From assembly GCF_964213995.1 (NCBI RefSeq), contig NC_135804.1:69316001-69380000 (forward strand): a DNA stretch of 64,000 nt. The letters run 5' to 3'. Source of the stretch: Mustelus asterias (taxonomy: Eukaryota). Positions 49,079 to 60,322 of the stretch are shown piece after piece; position 1 is the first letter of the stretch; every line of letters begins with the position of its first letter. A program made the translations under genes and the position numbers. The notes under the pieces are model-generated. The model was not told where the DNA came from, did not search any database, and saw only the letters and a program-made list of their open reading frames with translations.

Positions 49079-52000
49079 TGGACATACAGGTAAACAAATG
49101 CATGATTTATTGTCTGTTTGACAGCGGGAGCACGGAAAGCTTTATTCACCCAGACGCCATGAAGCGGTGTGGCCTCCAGATCCAGCCTGTCAAGCAGACA
49201 ATTTCGATGGCGTCAAGGTCTCGGTCTGTCACTGTGCTAGGGAGTTGCGTGGTAAATCTAACGGTGCAGGGCACGGTATACGAGAGCTTCAAGCTCCTGG
49301 TGTTACCGCACCTTTGCGCGCCAGTACTCCTCGGACTAAATTTCATGGTCCACTTGGAGAGTGTAACCCTACAGTACGGTGGGCCGCTCCCTCCGCTTTC
49401 AGTGGGAGACTCGCAGCCTCTAAATTGCCCAATGCGCTCCACCTGTAGCCTCTCGACGCTCAAGATTACCACACCCTCCTTATTCCAGAATCTTGTGCCA
49501 GGCTGCAAGCCCATCGCGACTAAGAGTAGGCGTTACAGCGCTGAGGATCGGATCTTCATTCAATCTGAGGTTCAACGGCTCCTCAAGGAAGGGATCATAC
49601 AACCTAGCGCTAGTCCTTGGAGAGCGCAGGTCATGGTGGTCAAGAGTGCGAACAAACCCCGGATGGTCATAGACTATCGTCAGACCATTAACAGATACAC
49701 GCAGCTGGATGCGTATCCCCTCCCACGCATATTTGGCATGGTCAACCAGATTACGCAGTACCGGGTGTTCTCCACCATCGACCTAAAGTCTGCCTACCAC
49801 CAGCTCCCCATTCGCCCAGAGGACCGACAATACACGGCTTTTGAGGCGGATGGTCACTTGTACCATTTTCTAAGGGTTCCCTTTGGTGTCACGAATGGGG
49901 TCTCGGTCTTCCAGCGTGCTATGGACCGAATGGTGGACCATAACGGACGGCGGGCTACCTTCCCGTACCTGGATAACGTCACCATCTGTGGCCACGACCA
50001 GCAGGACCACGATACCAATCTTCTTAGATTCCTATGCACTGCATCTCGCCTGAATCTGACCTACAACAGGGAGAAGTGTGTATTTCGCACGCGCCGCCTA
50101 GCTATCCTCGGATACGTGGTGGAAAACGGGGTCATTGGCCCTGATCCAGACCGTATGCGTCCCCTCCTCGAACTTCCCCTGCCCACTAGTGTAAAAGCAC
50201 TGAGAAGATGCTTAGGCTTCTTCTCTTACTATGCACAGTGGGTTCCCAATTACGCGGACAAAGCCCGTCCGCTCATCAAGTCTACCTCTTTTCCCCTGGC
50301 ACCAGAGGCTCGTTTGGCCTTTGAAAAACTAAAAGCCGACATCGCGAAAGTCACGATGCACGCTATCGATGAGTCCATCCCCTTCCAGGTGGAGAGCGAT
50401 GCATCTGATTTCGCCCTGGCCGCCACACTTAACCAGGCAGGCAGGCCCGTCGCCTTTTTCTCTCGCACCCTCCAAGGCCCTGAAATTCGACATTCGGCGG
50501 TGGAAAAGGAGGCCCAGGCCATTGTGGAGGCCATCCGGCATTGGCGCCATTACTTGGCGGGAAAACGGTTCTCCCTGCTCACGGACCAGCGGTCCGTGGC
50601 GTTCATGTTCAATAACACGTTACGGGGCAAGATCAAGAACGATAAGATCTTGAGGTGGAGAATCGAACTCTCCACCTATAATTACGACATCATGTATCGT
50701 CCAGGGAAACTCAACGAGCCCTCGGATGCCCTGTCACGTGGAACATGCGCCAGTATGCAGGAGAATCGATTGCAGGCTCTCCACAATGACCTCTCCCATC
50801 CAGGGGTCACTCGGCTCTACCACTTCATAAAAGCCCGGAATCTACCCTACTCGGTGGAGGATGTCAGGTCCATAACCAGAAGCTGCCGGGTATGCGCGGA
50901 ATGCCAACCGCACTTTTACCGACCTGACAGGGCACAACTCATTAAGGCCACTCGTCCCTTCGAAAGACTGAGTGTGGATTTTAAGGGGCCCCTTCCCTCG
51001 ACAGATCGGAATGTGTACTTCCTCAATGTGGTTGATGAGTACTCACGATTCCCTTTTGTCATTCCCTGGGGTGGCACGGTAGCACAGTGGTTAGCACTAC
51101 TGCTTCACAGCTCCAGGGTCCCGGGTTCGATTCCCGGCTCGGGTCACTGTCTGTGTGGAGTTTGCACATTCTCCTCGTGTCTGCGTGGGTTTCCTCCGGG
51201 TGCTCCGGTTTCCTCCCACAGTCCAAAGATGTGCGGGTTAGGTTGATTGGCCAGGTTAAAAAATTGCCCCTTAGAGTCCTGGGATGTGTAGGTTAGAGGG
51301 ATTAGCGGGTAAAATATGTGGGGGTAGGGCCTGGGTGGGATTGTGGTCGGTGCAGACTCGATGGGCCGAATGGCCTCCTTCTGCACTGTAGGGTTTCTAT
51401 GATTCTATGTTCTGATACGACCGCTGCCACTGTTATCAAGGCATTTCGTGATCTTTTCACCCTGTTCGGTTACCCCTGTTACATCCACAGTGATAGGGGC
51501 TCGTCGTTCATGAGCGATGACTTGAGGCAATACCTGCTCTCATATGGGATTGCTTCTAGTAGAACCACGAGCTACAACCCTAGGGGTAACGGACAGGTGG
51601 AACGTGAGAATGCTACAGTCTGGAAGGCTGTCTTACTGGCGTTGAAGTCAAAAGGCCTTCCAGTCTCCCGTTGGCAAGAGGTGCTCCCTGATGCGCTCCA
51701 CTCCATACGCTCACTCCTGTGTACGGCAACCAACGCTACTCCCCATGAGAGACTGTTTTCATTCCCTCAGAAGTCTTCCTCTGGGACCTCATTACCATCT
51801 TGGTTGACGTACTCAGGACCTGTCCTCCTGCGGCGACACGTTAGGACCCGCAAGTCCGACCCTTTGGTTGAACAGGTCCATCTCCTCCACGCCAACCCTC
51901 AGTATGCCTATGTGGCATACCCTGACGGGCGAGAGGACACGGTCGCGATTCGAGACCTGGCGCCTGCAGGGGGCTTGGAAACCCCTGTCGCTCCCATACC

Positions 52001-52307
52001 TCCTGTTAGAAACCCCCCAACTATTGTTTCCCCTCCTGACACGGCGCGGGCAGCATCGGGACCATCACTTAACCCTTTTACTCCCGTGTCCAGCTTGCCT
52101 GAGTCCAGGAGATGGTCGCCACTTCAAGGCGTGTCCGAGTTCAGCGGATTGTCACCACCTCGGGGTCTACCGGCCCGTGATACATTGGAGGAGCCATTGG
52201 ACACCGCCTTGGGGATAACGCCACCGCGAGTGCCTACACCGGTGTCATCGCCGGTGTTGAGGAGGCCACAACGACGGTGCCGTCCCCCAGACCGTCTGAA
52301 CTTATAG
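48829..52307 (+). pseudogene. pol: Gypsy pol (protease, RT, RNase H, integrase) interrupted by a SINE
   Basis: LFDSGS, DLKSAYHQ, VPFGV, YLDN, ESDASD, HPGV..CRVC, VVDEYSRF, HSDRG and GNGQVER; removing 51069-51409 restores FPFVIP-CSDTTA. Confidence 0.93.
51069..51409 (+). mobile_element. HE1-type V-SINE inserted in the Gypsy integrase
   Basis: Full-length SINE between ATTCCCTG and TTCTGATACG; the tail ATTCTATG resembles the target ATTCCCTG. Confidence 0.95.
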
Positions 52308-52374
52308 ACTGATGACCAATTGTTCTGTGTTTTTTTTGTACTCCGCCGGCCTTAGTCTTCAAAGGAGGGGTGAA

Positions 52375-52705
52375 CGTGGTGAACCATCGTTGGTTCCCAC
52401 CAGGTAGTACTGAGCCAGGGTCTGGCCAGTACTATGAATCTGTATATATGTTACTGTTGGGGTTAGGGTTGGGCTGTTCTACATGTGACTGTTGGGGTTA
52501 GGGTTGGGCTGTTCTACCTGTAATATAGTTATTATGGTACATCCCAGTCGGGCTCGGCCTCCTGGGAGAGGTATAAAGGTCACTGCTCTATCTGGGATCC
52601 TTTAGTCTGGGATCGTGTATTATATATGGCAGCTCTATTGTAGTAGTCAATAAAAACCTTTATTTCCTCGAGCATCTCTAGCCTCGTGAGTTATATCGCG
52701 CATCA
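52375..52705 (+). repeat. Gypsy 3' LTR
   Basis: 331 bp, follows the PPT; first base is C instead of T. Confidence 0.95.
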
Positions 52706-54133
52706 CAGTGTTAATGTAAGCCTTACTTGTGACTAATAAATAAACTTTACTTTACTTTCCAGGAAAGGCGGGAAAGTTGATTTTGAAAATGTTTGGCCAA
52801 TTCATCTAACCTGCACATATTTTGACTGGGAAGAAACACGAGCACGTGGAGGAACGCATGCAGACACGGGGGACGGGGCGGGGGGGGGGGGGGGGCGGGG
52901 TAAGGAGTGGGGGGAGGCGGTGTGGAGGGGTGGATTGTGCAAACTCCAGAGAGTCACCCAAAGCCGGAATTGAAGCCGGGTCCCTGGAGTTGCGGGGGGA
53001 TATTCCTTGTCCTAAAGCTGTCGCCAAGGAGGATTTGAAAATTACTTTCGATGCCCCACGTATCTCCTCACCTGCCTCCCTCAACAACCTGTGATGCATA
53101 TCATCCATGCCTGCAGTTGTGCTCACTTTTAAGGCCGTTAAGCATGCTAGTACCTTCTTGCTTTATGTTAATTTTCTTTAAAATATCATTGTCTTCCACT
53201 CTGATGCCTACAACTACGTCCTCTTTTTCCATTGTGAAGATCGTTGCAATGTTATTGAGGACTGTATCCACAACTTCCGGGTCACCCCACAGATTGCCCA
53301 TATGGCCTCTAATTGACACTATGGTTTTCCTCAAATTATTTGATACTTCATTTATTTAAAGTATATTTAGATGACCTGCATTCGAGTTCCTGGTTTGGAG
53401 TCTGCCTGAATCTGCCAATTTGGGAGTGGTTGTGCCCTGCTATTGATTGACATATTCATGGAAGCACAAATTCACGATAAATATCTCTAAAATAGAAAAT
53501 ATGGCATATTAGCGAATACTAATATGAAATATTTCCTGTCAGTTGTCACTGAGGTTAGCAACGAAGGGTTTTCCTACAAAATTGAGGTTACTTTGGAAAT
53601 CTTGAAAACATATTTTTCCCGTCATAATCTCATCTCTTTAATATCTTTGATTCTCTCTCTTTTTCCGCACCTCTCCCTTGTTCAATTTTAGGTTTCATAT
53701 TTCTTTTTTTTATGTGCAGACGTTCACGTTGAATTACAGCTCCAAATTAAATGATAGGTCCGCGTGCGGATTGGTCAACCTGCTCGTTAAATTTATATTG
53801 CACAGTAAAATACGGATGTTGACATTTGAAAGACAGCCACACAGTTTAACATCTGACTGCCTTAACGTTGGTCGTACAGGCTCTGCAACCTCAACGACTT
53901 TAACTTTGAAAACAGAATCGGATCAGTTTTCATTCCATTTTCCGACGTACAAATTGATAATGAAAACTAAACTGGAAGTTCTGTTTGTCATTTCCAAAGT
54001 GGTATGCCAGAATTAGCAGATAAACATAATCTAAGATTTTGAGCACATAAATAAAGATACAGAAAACGAACATTTTTTTAACGTAACAAAATGAATTCAC
54101 TGCTTACGTTGTGTTTAAAACATGTAAACATAC

Positions 54134-54171
54134 CGTTTCTGCAGAAGGAGGCGATACATCTCCAGCTGTCA
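54134..54171 (-). CDS. Candidate 38-nt cytoplasmic microexon ((V)TAGDVSPPSAET)
   Basis: Acceptor TTTTATTTTCAATGCATAG, donor GTATGT; the phase-1 start is compatible with the upstream TM exon. Confidence 0.45.
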
Positions 54172-54554
54172 CTATGCATTGAAAATAAAAATCGAAACGA
54201 AATTGTCAGGTTATTTGTTTTACAGAGCAGGTGAGAATACAGTTTGCATCTTTGAAGTAACATACGGTTCCGAATTCTCCCATTGCGCTCGCCACTGGAA
54301 TTTTAGCGGGCGGTGGGGGTAGTGGGGGGAGGAGGGGGGGGGGGGGGGGAGAGAGACTGGGGGAGTGCCGGACGATGTAAAGGTCCATTGAAGCCGGGCA
54401 GGAACCTCCGGTTTTTAGGCGAGCGCGGCCGGAGATCTGACATTATAAATGTACATAAATATAAGTGTGCACGCACTATTCAAATATTCAACTGGCGTCA
54501 AGTTTCGACATGCATTTTAACATTTTAAACGTAAATTGCTCAATCTGTTCTTAC

Positions 54555-54686
54555 CTTTGCAAGTCCGTAACGCGCATTGCTTCCCGATGATGGTCACAAG
54601 CACAAGACAGACGAGCCCACTGACTACGCACCCAGCTGTCAACAGTACAAATTTAATGCCGGTATCGGCAAGATTAATGAATAATA
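54555..54686 (-). CDS. Candidate transmembrane exon of a type I membrane receptor
   Basis: 132 nt, phase 1-1, acceptor TTCCTCTCAG, donor AAG|GTAAGA; encodes LFINLADTGIKFVLLTAGCVVSGLVCLVLVTIIGKQCALRTCK (hydrophobic span followed by basic residues). Confidence 0.55.
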
Positions 54687-54789
54687 CTGAGAGGAATCTT
54701 CATATAGGAGTAGGGAAAAAAATAACTCCAAAAGGATGACAAAATAACTGCACAAAAAATATTTTATTAGCTTCCTTCTTTCAGTGCAA

Positions 54790-57085
54790 CTGTGATTTGA
54801 TTCGATATATTGTTGTCACATATATTAGTATACAGTGAAAAGTATTGTTTCTTGCGCACTATACAGACAATGAATACCATTCATTGAGAAGGAAACGTGA
54901 GAGGGCATGGGATCCAAGGGGCTGCTGCCCTGTGGATCCAGAACTGGCTTGCCCAAAGGAGGCAGAGAGAGGGTATAGATGGGTCTTTTTCTAAATGGAG
55001 GTGGGTCACCAGTGGTGTGCCCCAGGGATCTGTTCTGGGACCCTTGCTGTTTGTCATTTTCATAAATGACCTGGATGAGGGAGTGGAGGGATGGGTTGGT
55101 AAGTTTGCCGACGACACGAAGGTTGGTGGGGTTGTGGATAATCTGGAGGGATGTGAGAATTTACAAAGGGACATAGATAGGATGCAAGACTGGGCGGAGA
55201 AGTGGCAGATGGATTTCAACCCAGATAAATGCGTAGTGGTCCATTTTGGCAGGTCAAATGGGATGAAGGAGTACAATATAAAGGGAAAGACTCTTCGTAC
55301 TGTAGAAGATCAGAAGGACGTTGAGGTCCGGGTCCATAGGACTCTAAAATCGGCCCCGCAGGTGGAAGAGGTGGTTAAGAAGGCGTATGGTGTGCTGGCC
55401 TTTATCAATCGAGGGACAGAGTTTAGGAGTCCGGGGATAACGATGCAGCTATGTAAGACCCTCGTCAGACCCCACTTGGAGTACTGTGCATTACAGGAAG
55501 GATGTGGAAAAGATTGAAAGGGTGCAGAGGAGATTGACAAGGATGTTGCCTGGATTGAGTGGCATGCCATATGAGGATAGGCTGAGGGAGCTCGGTCTTT
55601 TCTCCTTGGAGAGACGTAGGATGAGAGGAGACCTAATAGAGGTATATAAGATGTTGAGAGGCATCTGTTGGGTGGACTCTCAGAGGCTTTTTCCCAGGGT
55701 GGAAATGGCTGCTACGAGAGGACACAGGTTTAAGATGCTGGGGTTTAGGTTCAGGGGAAATGTTGGGGGGAGGCTTTTCACACAAGAGGATGGTGGGCGG
55801 GTGGAATCGGCTGCCGTCAGTGGTGGTGGAGACAAACTCAATAGGGTCTTTTAAGAGACTCCTGGATGAGTACATGGGACGTAATAGGATGGAGGGTTAT
55901 CGGTCGGCCTAGAAGCTAGGGATATGTTCGGCACAACTTGTGGGGCCGAACGGCCGGTTTTGTGCTGTAGTTTTTCTCTGTTTCTATGTTTCTAAGGAAA
56001 GGAGAGAATGCAGAATGTAGTGTTACAGGCATAGCTGCGGGTGCAGAGAAAGATCAACTTAATGCGAGGTAGGTCCATTCAAAAGTCTGATGGTAGCAGG
56101 GAAAAAAACTGTTCTTGAGTCGGTTGGTACGTTATTTCGGACTTTGGTATCTGTTTCCCGACAGAAGAAGGTGAAAGAGAGTATGTCGGGGGTCCGTGGG
56201 ATCATTGATTATGCTAACTGCTTCTCCGAGGCAGCAGAAAGTGTAGACAGTGCCCATGGACGGGAGGCTGGTTTGATTGGTAGACTGGGCTTCGTTCACA
56301 TCCCTTTGTAGTTTCTTGCGGTCTTGGGCAGAGCAGGAGCCATACCAAGCTGCGATACAATCAGAAATAATGTTTTCTAAGGTGCATCTGTAGATGTTGG
56401 TGAGAGTTGTTGCGGACGTGACAAATTTTCTTTGTCTGCTGAGAAAGTGGAGGCGTTGTTGGGCTTTCCCATCTATCGCGTCCGCATGGAGGAACCAGGA
56501 TAGATTGTTGATGATCTGGACACCTAAAAACGTGAGGCTCTCCACTATTTCTACTTTGTCTCCTTTGATGCAGACAGGGGCATGCCCTCCACTACGCTTT
56601 CTGAAGCTGATGACTATCTCTTTCGATTTGTTGACATTGAGGGAGAGATTATTGTGGTCACCCAGTTCACCAGAATATCTAACTCTTTCCTGCACAGTGT
56701 CGCGTCATTAATGAGATACAGCCCATAACCGTGGTGTCATCAGCAAACTTGAAAACCGAGTTGGATGGGAATTTGTCCATACAGTCAAAGGTGAATAAGG
56801 AATATAGTAAGGGGCTGATGCCATAGCCTTGCGGGAGCACCGATGTTGAGGATGATCACGGAGGAGGTGTTATTGCCTATCCTTACTGACTGCGGTCTGT
56901 GGTTTAAGAAGTCAAGGATCCAGTCGCAGACAATGGAGCCGAGCCCCAGGCCATGAAGTTTAGAGATGAACCTCGGAGGAACAATCGTGTTAAAGGCTGA
57001 GCTGCAGTCTATGAATAAGAGTCTGACATAGATGTCTTTGTTTTCTAGGTGGTCTCGGGTTGAGCATAGGGCCAGGGAGATTTTT
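54790..57085 (-). mobile_element. Rex1/Babar LINE fragment (RT and 3' end), split by CR1
   Basis: YVRLLFIDCSSAFNTIVP (56785-57117); NNLSLNVNKSKE..YRCTLENIISDCIAAWYGSC (56132-56695). Confidence 0.9.
54896..55993 (+). mobile_element. 5'-truncated CR1 of the same family as 5000-8476 and 58220-60322
   Basis: GHGIQGAAALWIQNWLAQRRQR..KFADD..; 7-bp TSD AAGGAAA (54889-54895, 55994-56000). Confidence 0.95.
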
Positions 57086-57409
57086 GAATCGTTGTGATGA
57101 TAATTTAACTTAGGCACTTAGAATCCCGAATGTGATCAAAAGTACAACACAATATATTTTAAAGATGTTAATCTTGGCTTTCTATCTGTATTGTTGGTTG
57201 ACTTGTGTTCGATCTGTCTGATTTGCTTTCAGCCATAAAGTTGAACATCACTTTTTTAAATCAGCCACCGAACACAAACTTAGCCTGACATGGATTTGAT
57301 TGGCCGCAACTCGGAAGCCACATAGTAGGCAGCTCAAAGTTAGTCTTGCAAACCAATCGGAGATATCTATTCACTGTGCATTTATGAGAAGTGATCCTCA
57401 TAGATTTAC

Positions 57410-57661
57410 CTGAGTTCTAGGGTAGCGGGCGTATTGCGGCACAGGACCTAAGAGCGCACATTTTTAATAGCAATAGTGGCGCGGTTCAGGGTTATTGATA
57501 TGTACTGGAAGCAACAGAATACGAAAGCAGATCTTAGGGTGCAGAGCTTGCAGAAACCAGAGGGGCTGTAATGAATGCAAGTGGAAACATTTCAAAACTG
57601 CTGCCGACTTAAGCGATTTAGAGTCAAAGAGAAACACAGGATATCTGAGAAACATAGAACG
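57410..57661 (-). pseudogene. Candidate degenerate Ig V-set exon
   Basis: Acceptor TTGCCCTATCCGTACAG, donor AG|GTAAAT; pieces FYVSQ / YP..SAAVLKC..PLWF / NRATIAIKNVRS..ATLEL occur in V-domain order but in three frames; no DxGxYxC motif. Confidence 0.33.
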
Positions 57662-58219
57662 CTGTACGGATAGGGCAACAGGACGGAAGACAATCAGATA
57701 ACAGGTCACTGAAATATTACAGTAATTTGAAACACATTTCAAAATATTACTTTTAAAAGGGGGATTGGTGTGCTTGAAGAACAAACGGTGTTCACCGCTT
57801 GCACTTTGTGGAGACGAAGATCAAAGAATACACTGGGAAAGACCGACCAGTGTTACTGAGAACCGTGGCTCAATGTTGAAAACTAGTATGGGGAGATTGT
57901 GGCGTAATCGTATGGTCACTCGACTCGTAACCCGGGGACCGCGGGTAAAGCCCTGGAGACTAGCTTCAAAACCTACCACAGTAAATAGTGCAAGTTCAAT
58001 TCAATCATTAGCAATCTTCATATAAAAGTGTAATGCCCACTGAGAAACTCTTGTTGAGTGTCGTACAAACAGAGCGTTCTTTAGGAAAATAAAATCTGTT
58101 CCAATACATCAGTGCAAAAAATAAACCTGAAGCTGTTACAATCATCGTCATTGAAAAGTTGTCGAGTGGAGTATCCATTTCGCCCTGCTCCTGACGTCGC
58201 CATGGATTACGCATTCGAT

Positions 58220-60322
58220 TCATAGAAACATAGAAAACTACAGCGCAAAACAGGCCCTTCGGCCCCACAAGTTGTGCCGAACATATCCCTACCTGGTAGG
58301 CCTACCTATAACCCTCCATCCTATTAAGTCCCATGTACTCATCCAGGAGTCTCTTAAAAGACCCTATTGAGTTTGCCTCCACCACCACTGACGGCAGCCA
58401 ATTCCACTCGCCCACCACCCTCTGTGTGAAATACTTCCATCGAACCTTTCCCCTGTACCTACACCCCAGCAAGTTAAACCTGTGTCCTCTCGTAGCAGCC
58501 ATTCCCACCTTGGGAAAATGCCACTGAGAGTCCACCCGACCTATGCCTCTCAACATCTTATATGCCTCTATTAGGTCTCCTCTCATCCTACGTCTCTCCA
58601 AGGAGAAAAGACCGAGCTCCCTCAGCCTATCCTCATATGGCATGCCACTCAATCCAGGCAACATCCTTGTCAATCTCCTCTGCACCCTTTCAATCTTTTC
58701 CACATCCTTCCTGTAATGAGGCGACCAGAACTGAGCACAGTACTCCAAGTGGGGTCTGACGGGGGTCTGATATAGCTGCATCGTTATCCCCGGACTCCTA
58801 AACTCAACCCCTCGATTGATAAAGGCCAGCACACCATTCGCCTTCTTAACCACCTCCTCCACCTGCGGAGCCGATTTTAGAGTCCTATGGACCCGGACCT
58901 CAACGTCCTTCGAATCCTCTACCGTACTAAGAGTCTTTCCCTTTATATTGTACTCCTTCATCCCATTTGACCTGCCAAAATGGACCACTTCGCATTCATC
59001 TGGGTTGAAGTCCATCTGCCACTTCTCCGCCCAGTCTTGCATCCTATCTATGTCCCTCTGTAACTTCTGACATCCCTCCAGACTATCCACAACCCCACCA
59101 GCCTTCGTGTCGTCGGCAAACTTACTAACCCATCCCTCCACTTCCTCATCCAGGCCATTTATGAAAATGACAAACAGCAAGGGTCCCAGAACAGATCCCT
59201 GGGGCACACCACTGGTGACCGACCTCCAATTAGAAAAAGACCCATCTATGCCCACTCTCTGCCTCCTTTGGGCAAGCCAGTTGTGGATCCACAGGGCAGC
59301 AGCCCCTTGGATCCCATGCCCTCTCACTTTTTCGAGAAGCCTTGCATGGGGACCTTATCCAATGCCTTGCTAAAATCCATATAAACCACCTCTACCGCTT
59401 TCCCTTCGTCAATGTGTTTTGTTACATTTTCGAAGAACTCCACCAGGCTCGTAAGGCATGTTCTGCCACTGACAAAGCCATGCTGAGTATTCTTGAGCAT
59501 AGTAAACCTCTCTAAATGCTCATAAATCTTATCCCTCAGGATCTTCTCCATCAGCTTACAAACCACTGAGTTTAGACTCACCGGTCGGTAATTTCCTGGG
59601 CTATCCCTATTCCCCTTCTTGAAAATAGGAACCACATCTGCAATCCTGCAATCCTCCCGCACCTCTCCCGTCTCCATCGATGACGCAAAGATCATCGCCA
59701 GAGGCTCTGCAATCTCTTCCCTCGCCTCCCACTAGTAACCTGGGGTACATCCCATCCGGACCCGGCAACTTACCTATCTTGATGCCATTCAAAGATTTCA
59801 GCACAACCTCTTTGTTAAAGTCCACATACTCAATCTTTTTGGTCCACCGCAAGCCCACAGTACATCCACCCATGTCCTTCTCCTCTGTGAAAACCGAGGC
59901 AACATACTCATTGAGCACCTCTGCCATTTAGACTGGTAGCGTACTGATTTTCCCACCTTGACCTTTTATAGGTCCTATTCCTTCACGGCTCATCCTTTTA
60001 CTCTTCACATATTTATAGAACGCCTTCGGGTTTTCCTTAATTCTACTTGCCAAGGCCTTCTCGTGACCCCTTCTGGTTCTCCTAATTTCCTTCTTCAATC
60101 CCTTCCGACAAGTCATATACTCATCTAGATCCCTATCTTCGCCAAGCTCTCTGAACGTTTCGTACGCTTTCCTTTTCTTCTCGACTAGGTCCCGCACAGC
60201 TTTCGTGCACCCCGTTTCCTTAACCTACCAACTCCTCCCTGTCTGCTCGGACCATTGTCCCTGGACAGACATTCCTTGAAGAACTGCCACCTCTCTTCAG
60301 TAGATTTCCCCGAGAATACCTC
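58220..60322 (-). mobile_element. 5'-truncated CR1 (linker, RT, tail)
   Basis: ORFs 59928-60197, 59607-59927, 59324-59695 and 58302-59327; near-identical to 7130-8476 and 54896-55993. Confidence 0.95.

Larger units (their letters stand above)
47581..52705 (+). mobile_element. Near-complete Ty3/Gypsy LTR retrotransposon
   Basis: LTRs at 47581-47910 and 52375-52705, 5-bp TSD CAGTG (47576-47580, 52706-52710), PPT AAAGGAGGGG at 52361-52370, domain order gag-PR-RT-RH-IN. Confidence 0.97.
47368..52760 (+). mobile_element. V-SINE with alternative tail, split by the Gypsy element (47368-47580 and 52711-52760)
   Basis: Head GATGGCACAGTGGTTAGCATTG..GGTTCAATTCC; the tail CATTGCAGTG|TTAATGTAAGCCTTACTTGTGACTAATAAA rejoins across the insertion, as in the unsplit tail at 26130-26190. 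Confidence 0.85.
43261..52792 (+). mobile_element. Decayed, internally deleted endogenous retrovirus with nested insertions
   Basis: Diverged direct repeats starting TGATG at 43261 and 46723, PBS-like sequence at 44209, RNase H and env TM remnants, and PPT AAGAGGGGGG at 46711-46720. Confidence 0.85.
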
